A DNA stretch of 64,000 nucleotides, from IMG/VR virus record IMGVR_UViG_2823670853_000002; one strand, written 5' to 3'. The notes below the pieces were generated by a model. It was not told the DNA's origin. It saw nothing but the letters and a program-made list of their open reading frames with translations, and searched no databases. Position 1 is the stretch's first letter. The number at the start of each line of letters is the position of its first letter. The position numbers and the translations under genes were made by a program. The DNA is from a virus. Lineage: Duplodnaviria > Heunggongvirae > Uroviricota > Caudoviricetes. Shown here one piece after another: positions 30,616 through 40,289 of the stretch.

Positions 30616-32625
30616 TATACCTAAAACGTCATGAGCAACACCTCGAGTGTCCCCCTTACAAGACACAGAACGTCTGGCAAAAAGAGGTTCCACTCTGAAG
30701 CCATTGTCATGATAAAGCTCTCTGATGTTTGGCGCGCCACTGTTAGTAATGAGAACCTTTGCACCTCGGCGATGAGCATCCGTCAACAGAGACACCAGGC
30801 GTTTTTGCTCTTCAAACTTAAAGTCATGACCGGAATAGTTCGTGAATCCCTCTGTATTTGGAAGCGGTTCATATGGCGGATCGCAAAAAATGACATCTCC
30901 TTCTCCGGCAGCTTCAATCACCGCAGCAAAATCACCACATACAAACTCAGAACGACCTTCCGCACCGAGGAAGGCTTCCATCTCCTGTAATGGGAAATAC
31001 GGAGTTTTATACTTCCCATAACCGACATTGAACTCACCGGCCTGGTTGTAACGCGTCAATCCGTTAAAACAATGTCGGTTCAGGAACAAAAACGCCGCTG
31101 CGCGATGTAAATCATCATAGACTTGTTTGTTAAACGCATTCCGTACTGCCAGGTATCCTTCCTGTGTGTTGTAGTCCTGGAAAAACTGATGCGCCAGTGT
31201 GATAAGTGAATGCGCCTCGCGTTGCAGAGTCTTGTAAAAGTTAATCAGGTCAGCATTCACATCATTTAGCAGATTTTCCTGGTATCCGGCATTCATGAAG
31301 ACAGCTCCACCACCGACGAAAGGTTCAATCAGGCGCTTCCCTTCTGGCAAATAGCGAAAGATTTGTTCCAGAACACCAAATTTTCCACCAGCCCATTTGA
31401 ATATGGACCGTTCGAATTCTGCCGCTGGTTTAACTTTTCGCTCTTTTGTTTCACGCCCTTCATTCTGCCGACATGCAGCCTTGGTTATCCGCTCGCCAAT
31501 CCAGCGCATTACTGGTATCGCCATACTATTGCCGATCGCTTTGTAACGCGGTCCGTCAGCTGCAAGCATTGCGGCCTCTTCTTCGCTTAAATCTGGATAG
31601 TGATTGTGCAGATATGCCAGTTCATCTGAATTAACTTTTTTACGCTTTTCCGTAGGGATCAACGTATGCCAATCAGGAAAACCTTGCAGCCTTTCACATT
31701 CGACAGGGGTAAGACGGCGCATTCTACCGTCGCCGAGCAATACAATTGGTGCTTCATGGTTACATGTCAAAGTTGGTGCCGAATTATCGGTTTTTATCTC
31801 AGCCCCTCCTTGCCCATGTGCCATGGCAATTATGTTTGTATCATCGCAAGTTCTGATAGCGATGTTTGAAGTATATCTGGTAGTTTCCTTCCCCTCGCCT
31901 CTGCTCGGCGCAATATTCCGGCGCACGCCTTCGAACTCAAAAAGTACCGTTGCGGGATCGAGGTCTGTTCGAGCACTTGCGACAACAAACACGCGTCGGC
32001 GTCGTTGTGCCACTCCGAAGTATTGGGCATCAAGGATTCTCCAGGCCACCTTTCGCTGCGGTCCATAAATACAACCACACTGCGGCCACTTTGGAGCATG
32101 GCAACCGGTTTTGACATCCCACCGCCAGAACGTGTTACTTTTTCGTGATTCAGGTCGATCACCAGGTTCGAATGGCGCATCTTCTCCAGCCAATCCGGCA
32201 AGGAAACATCCGAACGCGTTGTCTGCTGATGACAGGACTCCTGGGACATTTTCCCAGACGATAACTGTCGGTTTGAGGAAGGACTCAGACCGTTTGTCGT
32301 CAATTGCATTTGCAAGCTCCACATACTTCAAAGTTAGCGCGCCGCGTTCATCATCAAGCCCACCACGTAAGCCCGCGATACTGAATGCCTGACAAGGCGT
32401 ACCCCCGACGAGCACATCAGGGGCTTCAATTTCTCCAGCCTGGACTTTTTGGGCGAGTTTTGTCATGTCGCCAAGGTTCGCGACATGGGGCCAGCGGTGC
32501 GCAAGAACGGCAGATGGAAAAGACTCGATTTCAGCAAACCACGCCGGACGCATACCCAACGGTTCCCAGGCAATACTCGCGGCTTCAATTCCACTGCAAA
32601 CAGATCCATAGCACAGCTCTTTCAC
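30607..32625 (-). CDS. dmt: Bifunctional DNA methyltransferase Dmt (C5-cytosine MTase fused to Dam-like N6-adenine MTase)
   Basis: 672 aa; N-terminal Dcm-like motifs ([17 protein letters not shown]), C-terminal Dam-like motifs ([12 protein letters not shown]). Confidence 0.85.
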
Positions 32626-33527
32626 TGCTTAGCCTCTCCACCAAGGGCATTTACCAGAGCATCAACCAGGCACGAAATTTCACTGGTCAACAGGAAGAAA
32701 TCTGCGTCCAGTCGCTGCGCAACATCTTCACTATCAATATCAGAGTTCTGCTCAAGCAATTCATCCGCAAATTTGACGCTGGTAAGGCTGAAGTTATGGT
32801 CCAGTGTAAATTTAATGCGGTTCTGCCAGTCGAGTGCCAACTTAGTGACGAGCTTGCCAGCTTCCAGGTGTGTGGAAATTTCATCGCTTCCCAAATCCTG
32901 CTTTTTCACTCGGGCAATACCGCCATCCTCAAGCACTGCCTTAAGTTCTGCCGCATCCCCCATTTGAAATCCCTGTGGAGCACTACCATCACGTACCCAG
33001 TCGGTCAGCGTTAATTCAATGGGATTTTCAACACTCAGGGGAACAACAGGAAGAGAACCCAGAGACTTACGCATAAGCGCGAGCATATCCTCTGCCTGCC
33101 GCGCGCTGGCATTGATATAGATACGTTTAGTTGAACCGTCGTAGATCGCCTGGATAACAGAAAACTTTGAAAAAGCCCGTGGCAGAAGAGAATGCAGAAC
33201 TTCGTCTTTCAGGGAGTCCTTCTCTGTTTTCTTAAGTTTACGCGCTTGTTCTTGCTCAAGTTTTTCAATTTTTTCTTGAATAGCTCGCTGGATAACCGGC
33301 GGGGGAAGAATTTTTGTTTCGCGCTTTGCTTCAACAAGGATAAAACCATTTCCATGCATAGCGATAACTTCGGAATTATCACCAAATGGCGATACAAAAC
33401 CGAACTTGGCCATATCCTGACTACCGCATGGCGTGAAAAGGATCATTTTCTTTTTATCTTCTAAGTCGGTCAGATCCGCCTCACGAGAAAGTTTATAAAT
33501 AGTAATGTTTTTCCAGTGCTTAAACAT
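32622..33527 (-). CDS. hrdC: RdgC-like recombination-associated protein (P1 HrdC position)
   Basis: ~301 aa from Met39 ([13 protein letters not shown]), resembling the RdgC N-terminus MLWFKNLMVYRL; stop overlaps dmt start. Confidence 0.65.
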   Translation of the reverse strand: MFKHWKNITIYKLSREADLTDLEDKKKMILFTPCGSQDMAKFGFVSPFGDNSEVIAMHGNGFILVEAKRETKILPPPVIQRAIQEKIEKLEQEQARKLKKTEKDSLKDEVLHSLLPRAFSKFSVIQAIYDGSTKRIYINASARQAEDMLALMRKSLGSLPVVPLSVENPIELTLTDWVRDGSAPQGFQMGDAAELKAVLEDGGIARVKKQDLGSDEISTHLEAGKLVTKLALDWQNRIKFTLDHNFSLTSVKFADELLEQNSDIDSEDVAQRLDADFFLLTSEISCLVDALVNALGGEAKQ

Positions 33528-33876
33528 GTTGTAACCCTTGAATATCAACCACAGAAAGCTCGTCTTTGTAGAAAAAGGCCAGGTTGTGGCACCCCCTCGT
33601 TTGAGCGTATGAGCTGGGACCAATTTCGTTCTTCCAGACAAATGGCTTCAAATCCGTACGGCGAAGCATAAAAACGCGATTTGTTCCGCTCTGATTCCCA
33701 ATGAGGCAAAAGCCTTCTTTCACCTTGATAGCCTGCAAGTTGTCGAGTTCACCGCTGGTTACACGGCTATCGAACTCCTTGCGGCTTATTAGCTCCATCT
33801 GCATCTGACGACTCCAAACAAATGCCCATTGAAGGGCGATGGCTGAATGGTACCGAAAACACGACATAAAAAACAA
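33520..33876 (-). CDS. Hypothetical protein (P1 uhr position)
   Basis: 118-aa ORF preceded by a strong C1 operator-like site. Confidence 0.35.
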   Translation of the reverse strand: MFFMSCFRYHSAIALQWAFVWSRQMQMELISRKEFDSRVTSGELDNLQAIKVKEGFCLIGNQSGTNRVFMLRRTDLKPFVWKNEIGPSSYAQTRGCHNLAFFYKDELSVVDIQGLQHV

Positions 33877-33892
33877 TATTTATTAGAGCAAT
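33876..33892 (-). promoter_or_regulatory. C1 repressor operator-like site
   Basis: Reverse complement ATTGCTCTAATAAATAT, 16 of 17; in divergent region between 33876 (-) and 33974 (+). Confidence 0.6.
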
Positions 33893-33973
33893 TTTATAAT
33901 GAGTAAACGCCATGTAGACCACAAACAACCTAAGTTAAAATAACGAAAATCAGAGCAAATCATTGGTGATAAC

Positions 33974-34258
33974 GTGGCAAGTATTGCAACAAAAGACAGC
34001 ATTTGTTCGGGGCACGGAGGATTCCCATCCAGGCCTCCTGTAGAGAGTGAACCACTACTTAAAGTCAACGGAGTAGAAGTGTTAGTTGATGGTAAGCAAT
34101 ATGCACAGCATACCGATGGAAACAGTACGCACGGTGGGCAAGCTATATCAACCAGGGCATGGTTTACCGTCAATGGTAAAGGGGTCGTATGCGTTGGTGA
34201 CCCTGTTTCATGCGGCTCTACCGTAGCATCAGGAGACGGCCTGGTTCAGGTAAGTTAG
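33974..34258 (+). CDS. PAAR-like repeat protein
   Basis: 94 aa; ICSGHGG...HTDGNSTHGG...VNGKGVVCVGDPVSCGSTVASGDG resembles PAAR spike-tip repeats. Confidence 0.5.
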   Translation: MASIATKDSICSGHGGFPSRPPVESEPLLKVNGVEVLVDGKQYAQHTDGNSTHGGQAISTRAWFTVNGKGVVCVGDPVSCGSTVASGDGLVQVS

Positions 34259-34266
34259 GAGATATC

Positions 34267-35037
34267 ATGCTGGAAAAAGACTACCAGTTATCCGCATATA
34301 AAAAATTGGCCGCAGCCGGTGGGATGAAAACACCTGGTGCCATAACATCAGCACGAAACAGTGCTAACACGGCAAAACAGCTTGCAGAAGAATTGACGGG
34401 ATTAATTCTGGATACAATTGTCTATCCCGACACTATTACCAGCTATGTTTCAACGATCAGAACAACCACAACCGGCTTAACGAACATTGGAGAACTGGCA
34501 ACTAAGCACGCGGACCTGTTGGCTGATTATGCAGATCTGTCAATGCTGCTTCAACTCGATATTGGTTGGGATGTTTACTGCCGTGCTAATGAGCGAGAAG
34601 TTTCAGAACTGCCGATCTCTATTGCCATTGGTGATGTGAATATTACTAAATCGCTTGAGGACGCTGTTAATGCGCTTAATACATCAAGTTTAGTCGCTGC
34701 TATGGGGGAGATTAACCAGACCCTTAACACTGGCTCAGGAAGCTCGTCAGGCTCTGGTTCAGGCGGCGGAACTGCCACTCCCCCACCAGCACTAACAGAA
34801 GAACAAATTGAATCTCTGAAAGTAGCAACTGAACAGTTTGGGGTTGTTTTCAACCAGACAACAGCGCCCACAACTGCGTTACAACAGCAGTATGAACGAG
34901 CGAATGAAAGCGCCAACGTAGCCATAACTGCTTATAACCATGCTATCGGTACCGCGCTTGCGGAAGCATCAGCAAAGAACCACGGCAGCCTGGCGGCTGC
35001 AAATCGTGGTGTGGCAGAATATGAGCTTTCAGAGTAA
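34267..35037 (+). CDS. Hypothetical protein with Gly/Ser-rich linker
   Basis: ~256 aa from MLEKDYQL; central SGSSSGSGSGGGTATPPP linker; function unknown. Confidence 0.4.
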   Translation: MLEKDYQLSAYKKLAAAGGMKTPGAITSARNSANTAKQLAEELTGLILDTIVYPDTITSYVSTIRTTTTGLTNIGELATKHADLLADYADLSMLLQLDIGWDVYCRANEREVSELPISIAIGDVNITKSLEDAVNALNTSSLVAAMGEINQTLNTGSGSSSGSGSGGGTATPPPALTEEQIESLKVATEQFGVVFNQTTAPTTALQQQYERANESANVAITAYNHAIGTALAEASAKNHGSLAAANRGVAEYELSE

Positions 35038-35056
35038 CCATCCAGAATGAGTTCCC

Positions 35057-35329
35057 ATGTCACACAACCTGGAGCACCAGAAAGTCCACACCAGAATGGT
35101 GAAAGAGGTTCTGAAAGCCGTCGCCAGGGCCAATAATCACCCTTATCAGTCTGTATTTACAGACTTTATCGCCGGTCATCCCTCCTGTACGGTCTGTTTC
35201 TGGGAAACCTTCCACAAAATGTACCCGGATTCACCGTACGAATACGTCACGTTCTGCCATACCTGCCGTCGTTTTGATTTATACGAAACTGAAGCGGAGA
35301 TGAAGGCGGATGACCCGAAGTGGTGGTGA
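35057..35329 (+). CDS. Small cysteine-rich ORF upstream of the transposase
   Basis: 90 aa with CTVC...CHTC motifs; overlaps transposase start by 20 nt in another frame; may be an IS91 orf121-like accessory ORF. Confidence 0.35.
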   Translation: MSHNLEHQKVHTRMVKEVLKAVARANNHPYQSVFTDFIAGHPSCTVCFWETFHKMYPDSPYEYVTFCHTCRRFDLYETEAEMKADDPKWW

Positions 35330-36518
35330 TTTTCAGCCCCGACCGCTGAAACGCCTGTTCACAGCCAACCAGTGCTGGACATCCTTCCTGGATGCGGGCG
35401 GCCTGCGCGATATCGAGGTTGAGGCTGTCACAAAAATGCTGGCCTGCGGCACGCGGATACTGGGTGTGAAGGAATACAACTGCGATAAACCTGAGTGCCC
35501 CCACGTCAGATACGTCACTAACTCATGTGGCAGCCGTGCCTGCCCGTCCTGCGGAAAAAAGGCCACAGACCTGTGGATAGCGACACAGCTGAATCGTCTT
35601 CCTGACTGCGACTGGGTGCACCTGGTCTTCACCCTGCCGGACACGCTGTGGCCGGTGTTCGAAAGCAACCGCTGGCTGCTGAATGACGTGTGCCGTCTGG
35701 CGGTGGAGAATCTGCTGTATGCAGCCCGGAAACGGGGTCTGGAACCCGGTATCTTCTGCGCCATCCATACGTATGGCCGTCGTCTCAACTGGCATCCGCA
35801 TGTGCATGTGTCAGTGACCTGCGGAGGTCTGAATAAACACGGACACTGGAAAAAGCTGAGCTTCCTGAAAGACGCGATGCGTTCGCGGTGGATGTGGAAT
35901 ATGCGGCAGCTGCTTCTGAAAGCGTGGTCAGAAGGTCTGGCGATGCCGGAATCGTTGTCACATATCACGACGGAATCACAGTGGAGAAGCCTGGTGCTGA
36001 AAGCCGGCGGAAAATACTGGCATGTGTACATGTCGAAGAAGACAGCCGGAGGGCGGAATACGGCACGCTACCTGGGTCGTTATCTGAAGAAGCCACCAAT
36101 AGCGGCTTCCCGGCTGGCGCATTACAACGGAGGAGCGAGTCTGAGCTTCCGTTACCTGGACCACAAAACGGGAGAAACGGCGACGGAAACGCTGACACAG
36201 CGGGAGCTGGTCGCGAGGCTGAAACAGCACATCCCGGAGAAGTTTTTTAAGATGGTGAGATACTTCGGGTTCCTTGCCAACCGGGTGTGTGGAGAGAAGC
36301 TGCCGCAGGTGTACCGTGCTCTGGGGATGGATAAGCCGGAACCAGTGGCGAAAGTGTGCTATGCACAAATGGTGAAACAGTTCCTGAGTCGTGACCCGTT
36401 CGAATGCGTGCTGTGTGGCGGCCGGATGGTATACCGCCGGGCCATTGCGGGGCTGAATGTATCAGGGCTGAAGAAAAACGCGCGGGATATCAGTCTGCTG
36501 AGGTATATGCCGGCCTGA
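35310..36518 (+). CDS. tnpA: IS91-family transposase (HUH, Y2 type)
   Basis: 402 aa; N-terminal zinc-binding CGSRACPSCGKK, HUH motif NWHPHVHVSV, tyrosine motif ARYLGRYLKKPP. Confidence 0.75.
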   Translation: MTRSGGDFQPRPLKRLFTANQCWTSFLDAGGLRDIEVEAVTKMLACGTRILGVKEYNCDKPECPHVRYVTNSCGSRACPSCGKKATDLWIATQLNRLPDCDWVHLVFTLPDTLWPVFESNRWLLNDVCRLAVENLLYAARKRGLEPGIFCAIHTYGRRLNWHPHVHVSVTCGGLNKHGHWKKLSFLKDAMRSRWMWNMRQLLLKAWSEGLAMPESLSHITTESQWRSLVLKAGGKYWHVYMSKKTAGGRNTARYLGRYLKKPPIAASRLAHYNGGASLSFRYLDHKTGETATETLTQRELVARLKQHIPEKFFKMVRYFGFLANRVCGEKLPQVYRALGMDKPEPVAKVCYAQMVKQFLSRDPFECVLCGGRMVYRRAIAGLNVSGLKKNARDISLLRYMPA

Positions 36519-36780
36519 CACAGGCTAAGTGTGCCCGGGAATCGGTGCAGGTATAAAAAACAGCCTGTTACGGTATAAAAATCGACCATGCAGAGAGAGA
36601 AACCACCGGAGTGGAGGGAAAAGCAGAAAGGCTCACGTGGCATAAGGCGTGGACAGCGGTATCGTCTGGTTTTTCAATTTCCTATACGTCAAGGCCAGCA
36701 CAGCCAGCGCAGTCGCCGCTTTGGTTCCTGATTCTGTTCTTGATGAATTAAACAAAGCGGCACAGTAACAAAGGACTTCA

Positions 36781-37230
36781 TTGATAATTTTTCTTCAGGA
36801 GGAAGACATGTCATTCTTTTCTACGTTAAAAACAGCTTTGTCTTTGAAGGAGAAACTTGCTGCTACTGGTGTTCTTGTTCTGATTTGCGCACTTGTTGGT
36901 GCTGGGTTTGTATGGGAACGTCATCAGCTAAAGCAAGCCATGGAGAAAATTGGCAGTCTTGATCAGGCTGTTAAGGAACGTGATAAGTCAATAATGGATC
37001 TTAACCAGACCATTGAGACGATGAACAAAGCAGAGCAACATTTTCACAGCCAGGAAGTGAAAAATGAATCAGAACAAGCCAAATATGCTGACAGGCAAAT
37101 GGAACGAAAAGCTGAAGTTCAGAAACAACTGGTTGCGGCGGGTAATGTTCGCCAGCGCATTCCTGCTGACACTCAGCGGTTGCTCCGGGAGTCGATCAGC
37201 GAATTTAACGCCGACGCCGATAAAGGTTAA
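36781..37230 (+). CDS. i-spanin-like protein (N-terminal TM, periplasmic coiled coil)
   Basis: 149 aa; TM segment AATGVLVLICALVGAGFVW followed by coiled coil; overlapped by a lipoprotein ORF in +1 frame. Confidence 0.45.
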   Translation: MIIFLQEEDMSFFSTLKTALSLKEKLAATGVLVLICALVGAGFVWERHQLKQAMEKIGSLDQAVKERDKSIMDLNQTIETMNKAEQHFHSQEVKNESEQAKYADRQMERKAEVQKQLVAAGNVRQRIPADTQRLLRESISEFNADADKG

Positions 37231-37396
37231 CCACCCTGCCCCCAAAAGTGCATTTATGTGCAGGATGCCAGAGTTTAGCAGTGAATATTTTGATGATCTG
37301 CCAGCCTATATCCTTGATACAGAAACGATGCTGATGGGGATTAACAGGAAGAATCGCAACGTTAATGATTACAACCGCGCTATCAGCGGTAACTAA
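37145..37396 (+). CDS. o-spanin-like lipoprotein overlapping the i-spanin-like gene
   Basis: ~83 aa from MFASAFLLTLSGCSGS (lipobox LSGC); starts inside and extends beyond the preceding ORF. Confidence 0.45.
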   Translation: MFASAFLLTLSGCSGSRSANLTPTPIKVNHPAPKSAFMCRMPEFSSEYFDDLPAYILDTETMLMGINRKNRNVNDYNRAISGN

Positions 37397-37407
37397 AAGG
37401 GATTTTT

Positions 37408-37800
37408 ATGTCTGATAAAGTAACAGTAAAGCAAACTATCAACAAAGCGACTTCAATCTACAAAATTGAGCACATCACTGTTGGCAAGCCAGGATCTGAA
37501 CAATACCGTCATGCTTTCGAGCTTGCCGATCAGCTTGGTTTAAAACACCCGGATTGCATCGAGCATGTATTTCCGACCTATGCTGATGAGCAATGTACTC
37601 ATGTTCTTACCGAAGAGGATTTTTTCAGCACTGAAGAACGAGAAGGCGTTGATCGCTGCATTGGTGTGATTTGCTCTTCAGTGAGTTATGAGTTATTCCC
37701 TAATGTCCATGAAAATGGTGGTATTGGATACCAATTCCTGTACGAAGGCGATGAGCTTAAATGTTATGAACATGGCCTTCTCATCGAAAGCGTAGAATAA
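37408..37800 (+). CDS. Hypothetical protein
   Basis: 130-aa ORF followed by a hairpin (37814-37836) and the origin region. Confidence 0.4.
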   Translation: MSDKVTVKQTINKATSIYKIEHITVGKPGSEQYRHAFELADQLGLKHPDCIEHVFPTYADEQCTHVLTEEDFFSTEEREGVDRCIGVICSSVSYELFPNVHENGGIGYQFLYEGDELKCYEHGLLIESVE

Positions 37801-37842
37801 TACCCTTCCTTCTAACCGGCTATGTTGGCCGGTTTATTCAAC

Positions 37843-38058
37843 TTATCCACAGCATAGATCCAATAAACAGATCCTAAAGAGAACCTAGTAAGATCCAAAG
37901 AAGATCCCGGATCGCTGTAAGCCGCGTCATTTCTGGCCTGAAATGGGATCAACATTGACTATACGCGATTTTATGTTGACTGTGCACGATTTATTGTTGA
38001 CTGCACGCGATTTATTGTTGACTATACGCGACAGAAACATTGACTGTACGCGATTTTA
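37843..38058. other. oriR: Plasmid replication origin oriR: DnaA box, GATC cluster and five direct iterons
   Basis: DnaA box TTATCCACA (37843-37851); six GATC sites between 37857 and 37950; five ~21-bp direct repeats TTGACTrTrCrCGATTT (37956-38058). Confidence 0.6.
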
Positions 38059-38098
38059 GAGTCTGAATATTCACAGCTGTTGATAACAGCCATCCAAA

Positions 38099-39019
38099 TT
38101 GACGTCAGGCCGCGCCACACATGGAGAAACCACGATGCCGGAAGAAAGTAAAGGCTTCCTTAGCGTTGAAGAAGTTGCAGGAAATACAGGAGAAATCCAC
38201 AGCCTGAAGCCCAATAACAACAGCACTATACAACCCATCGCTTTGTTGCGTTTAGGTGTGTTTGTGCCAACCTTAAAATCTACCAATGTGGCGCTACGTC
38301 GCGGATCGTCAGTTACAACAAACACAACGAACGCAACTGAAGAACTATCAAGCCTCAAAATTGTTGAGCAGGAAGGCTATGAGGGAATTGAAATTCATGG
38401 TCCACGCCTGGATATGGATACTGATTTTAAGGTGTGGGTGGGCATAACCTCCGCGTTGTTTGACTATGCACCTGATGATGACGGTATAATCACCCTGCCA
38501 TTCTCCGAGTTTGCCGATCGATGCGGCTATCCACGTAAGCGCCTTTCAAAGGCGTTCCGTAAAAGTATTGATGACTCTCTGACACGCATTCAGCAGACAG
38601 TTGTCAAATTCCGCTTCCCGGCGGCAAAAGGTCATCTCAATAACATTAACGTCAACTTGTTGGCATATAGCAGCCTGAATACCGAGCTTGATGTTATCGA
38701 GATCCAGCCGCAGAAACAGCTATCTGAACTTTACTATGTTGACTATAAGCGAATCCTGAAGCTGAAGATGCTGGATAAACTAGGGCGCAAAGAGACGGCC
38801 AAGGTACTGTATACATTCTTTGAGGCTCTACCCGCCAACCCGGCACCTGTCAGCATTGAGCGCCTTAGGGCGAGGCTTAATCTCAAATCATCCGTTAGCG
38901 TGCAAAATAGCGTTATCAGAAAAGCCATGAAAGATTTAGAAGCTATTGAATATCTTAAATTTTCAGAGATAAAAAACGGCAGGAAAATCGGCTTCCAGAT
39001 CCATAAGCGCAATCCATAA
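38099..39019 (+). CDS. repA: Plasmid replication initiator RepA (P1 RepA family)
   Basis: 306 aa (294 if start at Met13, which has a GGAG RBS); conserved blocks IQPIALLRLGVFVP and GPRLDMDTDFKVW shared with P1 RepA; flanked by iterons. Confidence 0.8.
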   Translation: MTSGRATHGETTMPEESKGFLSVEEVAGNTGEIHSLKPNNNSTIQPIALLRLGVFVPTLKSTNVALRRGSSVTTNTTNATEELSSLKIVEQEGYEGIEIHGPRLDMDTDFKVWVGITSALFDYAPDDDGIITLPFSEFADRCGYPRKRLSKAFRKSIDDSLTRIQQTVVKFRFPAAKGHLNNINVNLLAYSSLNTELDVIEIQPQKQLSELYYVDYKRILKLKMLDKLGRKETAKVLYTFFEALPANPAPVSIERLRARLNLKSSVSVQNSVIRKAMKDLEAIEYLKFSEIKNGRKIGFQIHKRNP

Positions 39020-39020
39020 T

Positions 39021-39279
39021 ATTGACTATATGCGATAGCGAGAAGTTGACTATAGGCGACATTCGTTGACGCTGGTGGATTTTTGCTGGCGTCAATATTC
39101 TGCAAGTCTCTATTGAGATGGCTTTTAGGGCCATTTCATCGCGTATAGTCAACGTTTCTCCCGACAATATCTTACATAGTCGATCTTTGGTGGAGTTAAA
39201 TCGACTACAGTCAACTTTTGACTGTAGTCACATCGCGCATAGTCAACTATTCACATTAACCTTCGCGCATAGTCAACAT
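39021..39279. repeat. incA-like iteron cluster downstream of repA (copy-control locus)
   Basis: About eight copies of the TTGACTATrCGCG-type iteron in both orientations (e.g. 39021, 39046, 39140, 39200, 39235, 39265). Confidence 0.55.
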
Positions 39280-39311
39280 TTGCGCGGTTCTCATCAAGCA
39301 GTGGTATTGAT

Positions 39312-40121
39312 ATGCAAGAAGAAAAACAATACTACCTCTACGTTCTGGTGCCGGAGAACGGAGATACTTTTAAAATCGGCATTTCATGTGGTCCATTGGC
39401 ACGGTTTAAAGGGCTACAAGTGAGTCCCGATTTTGCGCTTTCACGGGTCTATCGTGGTACGCGTTTGGCAATGGTTAATCTTGAGCGAGCTTTACACGCA
39501 ACCTTTTTCCCCTGGAATGCGCCGTGGGAGAAAAGCGCCGGTGGCGGGCATACTGAATGGTTTACACGAGAGTGTCTTGATAAGGTTTTGGCTCATATCG
39601 AATATCTAAATGATATGTGGGGAGGGATTCTCGAGCGCATTAAGTCGAATGATTTACTTCAGCGTCCAGTAGATGCTGCTTGCTCTTTCGAAAAAGAGCT
39701 GGATGTTACTTCTATCGTGACTTTCAAAGATGACGCAGGAATGAGGGACGTGGCTTATGTCTCCATATCTGGCTATGAACCGGACGCGATCCGCGCTCAA
39801 TGTGAATTGCTGAAAGCAATGTTTATGCTTCGGACTAAATATCCCTGGGAGACAGGGCGGGTGTGCTTCCCTATGGAAGAGTTAACCGCCACCATTGATT
39901 CCCAGCTTTACCACGATAATCCAGAGAAGTTTTTTAGCCTTTTAGCCGGTAATGGGCTTAACTGTGTGTCCGGGCTGGGGCGAAGTAGAATCCAACATGC
40001 CTCGCTCTTCGGTCCCTTCTTTTACGATCGACACGGGTACTTTGAGGCTGAACTTCCGGCGCTTACGCGTGCTATAGATACTATCGATTTCGAACGATTA
40101 TTCGCTGCTCTTAGCAAATAA
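39312..40121 (+). CDS. T5orf172 (GIY-YIG-like) domain protein
   Basis: 269 aa; N-terminus YYLYVLVPENGDTFKIGIS...RFKGL...GGGHTEWF resembles the T5orf172/MUG113 signature; C-terminal ~170 aa unassigned; own terminator downstream. Confidence 0.5.
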   Translation: MQEEKQYYLYVLVPENGDTFKIGISCGPLARFKGLQVSPDFALSRVYRGTRLAMVNLERALHATFFPWNAPWEKSAGGGHTEWFTRECLDKVLAHIEYLNDMWGGILERIKSNDLLQRPVDAACSFEKELDVTSIVTFKDDAGMRDVAYVSISGYEPDAIRAQCELLKAMFMLRTKYPWETGRVCFPMEELTATIDSQLYHDNPEKFFSLLAGNGLNCVSGLGRSRIQHASLFGPFFYDRHGYFEAELPALTRAIDTIDFERLFAALSK

Positions 40122-40128
40122 CACTGAT

Positions 40129-40150
40129 GCCCCTGAACGGGGCTTTTTTG
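40129..40150 (+). terminator. Rho-independent terminator after the T5orf172 gene
   Basis: GCCCC-TGAAC-GGGGC hairpin followed by TTTTTT. Confidence 0.6.
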
Positions 40151-40289
40151 TGCCCTCCTTGTAACTCTCAATCGTGCAAAATGAACCAAACATGCAGAGA
40201 ATGCTATGTACAAGCATCTGTGCATACATTATTATTTTATGCAGCATTTTTAAGTAAATTCAAAAATACAGCATAAAGGATGACTTTCG

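Larger units (their letters stand above)
35053..36740 (+). mobile_element. IS91-family insertion sequence (boundaries approximate)
   Basis: Contains a HUH/Y2 rolling-circle transposase gene preceded by a small ORF; GTTC/CTTG tetranucleotides typical of IS91-family targets occur near both proposed ends; no terminal inverted repeats, as expected. Confidence 0.55.

Noticed and set aside
30631-32392. Multiple antisense or out-of-frame ORFs inside dmt
   Set aside because: dmt has strong methyltransferase motifs in one continuous frame; the overlapping ORFs have no motifs and are typical shadow frames.
35333-36368. Minus-strand ORFs of 232, 130 and 77 aa inside the transposase gene
   Set aside because: They are antisense to a transposase frame with clear catalytic motifs.
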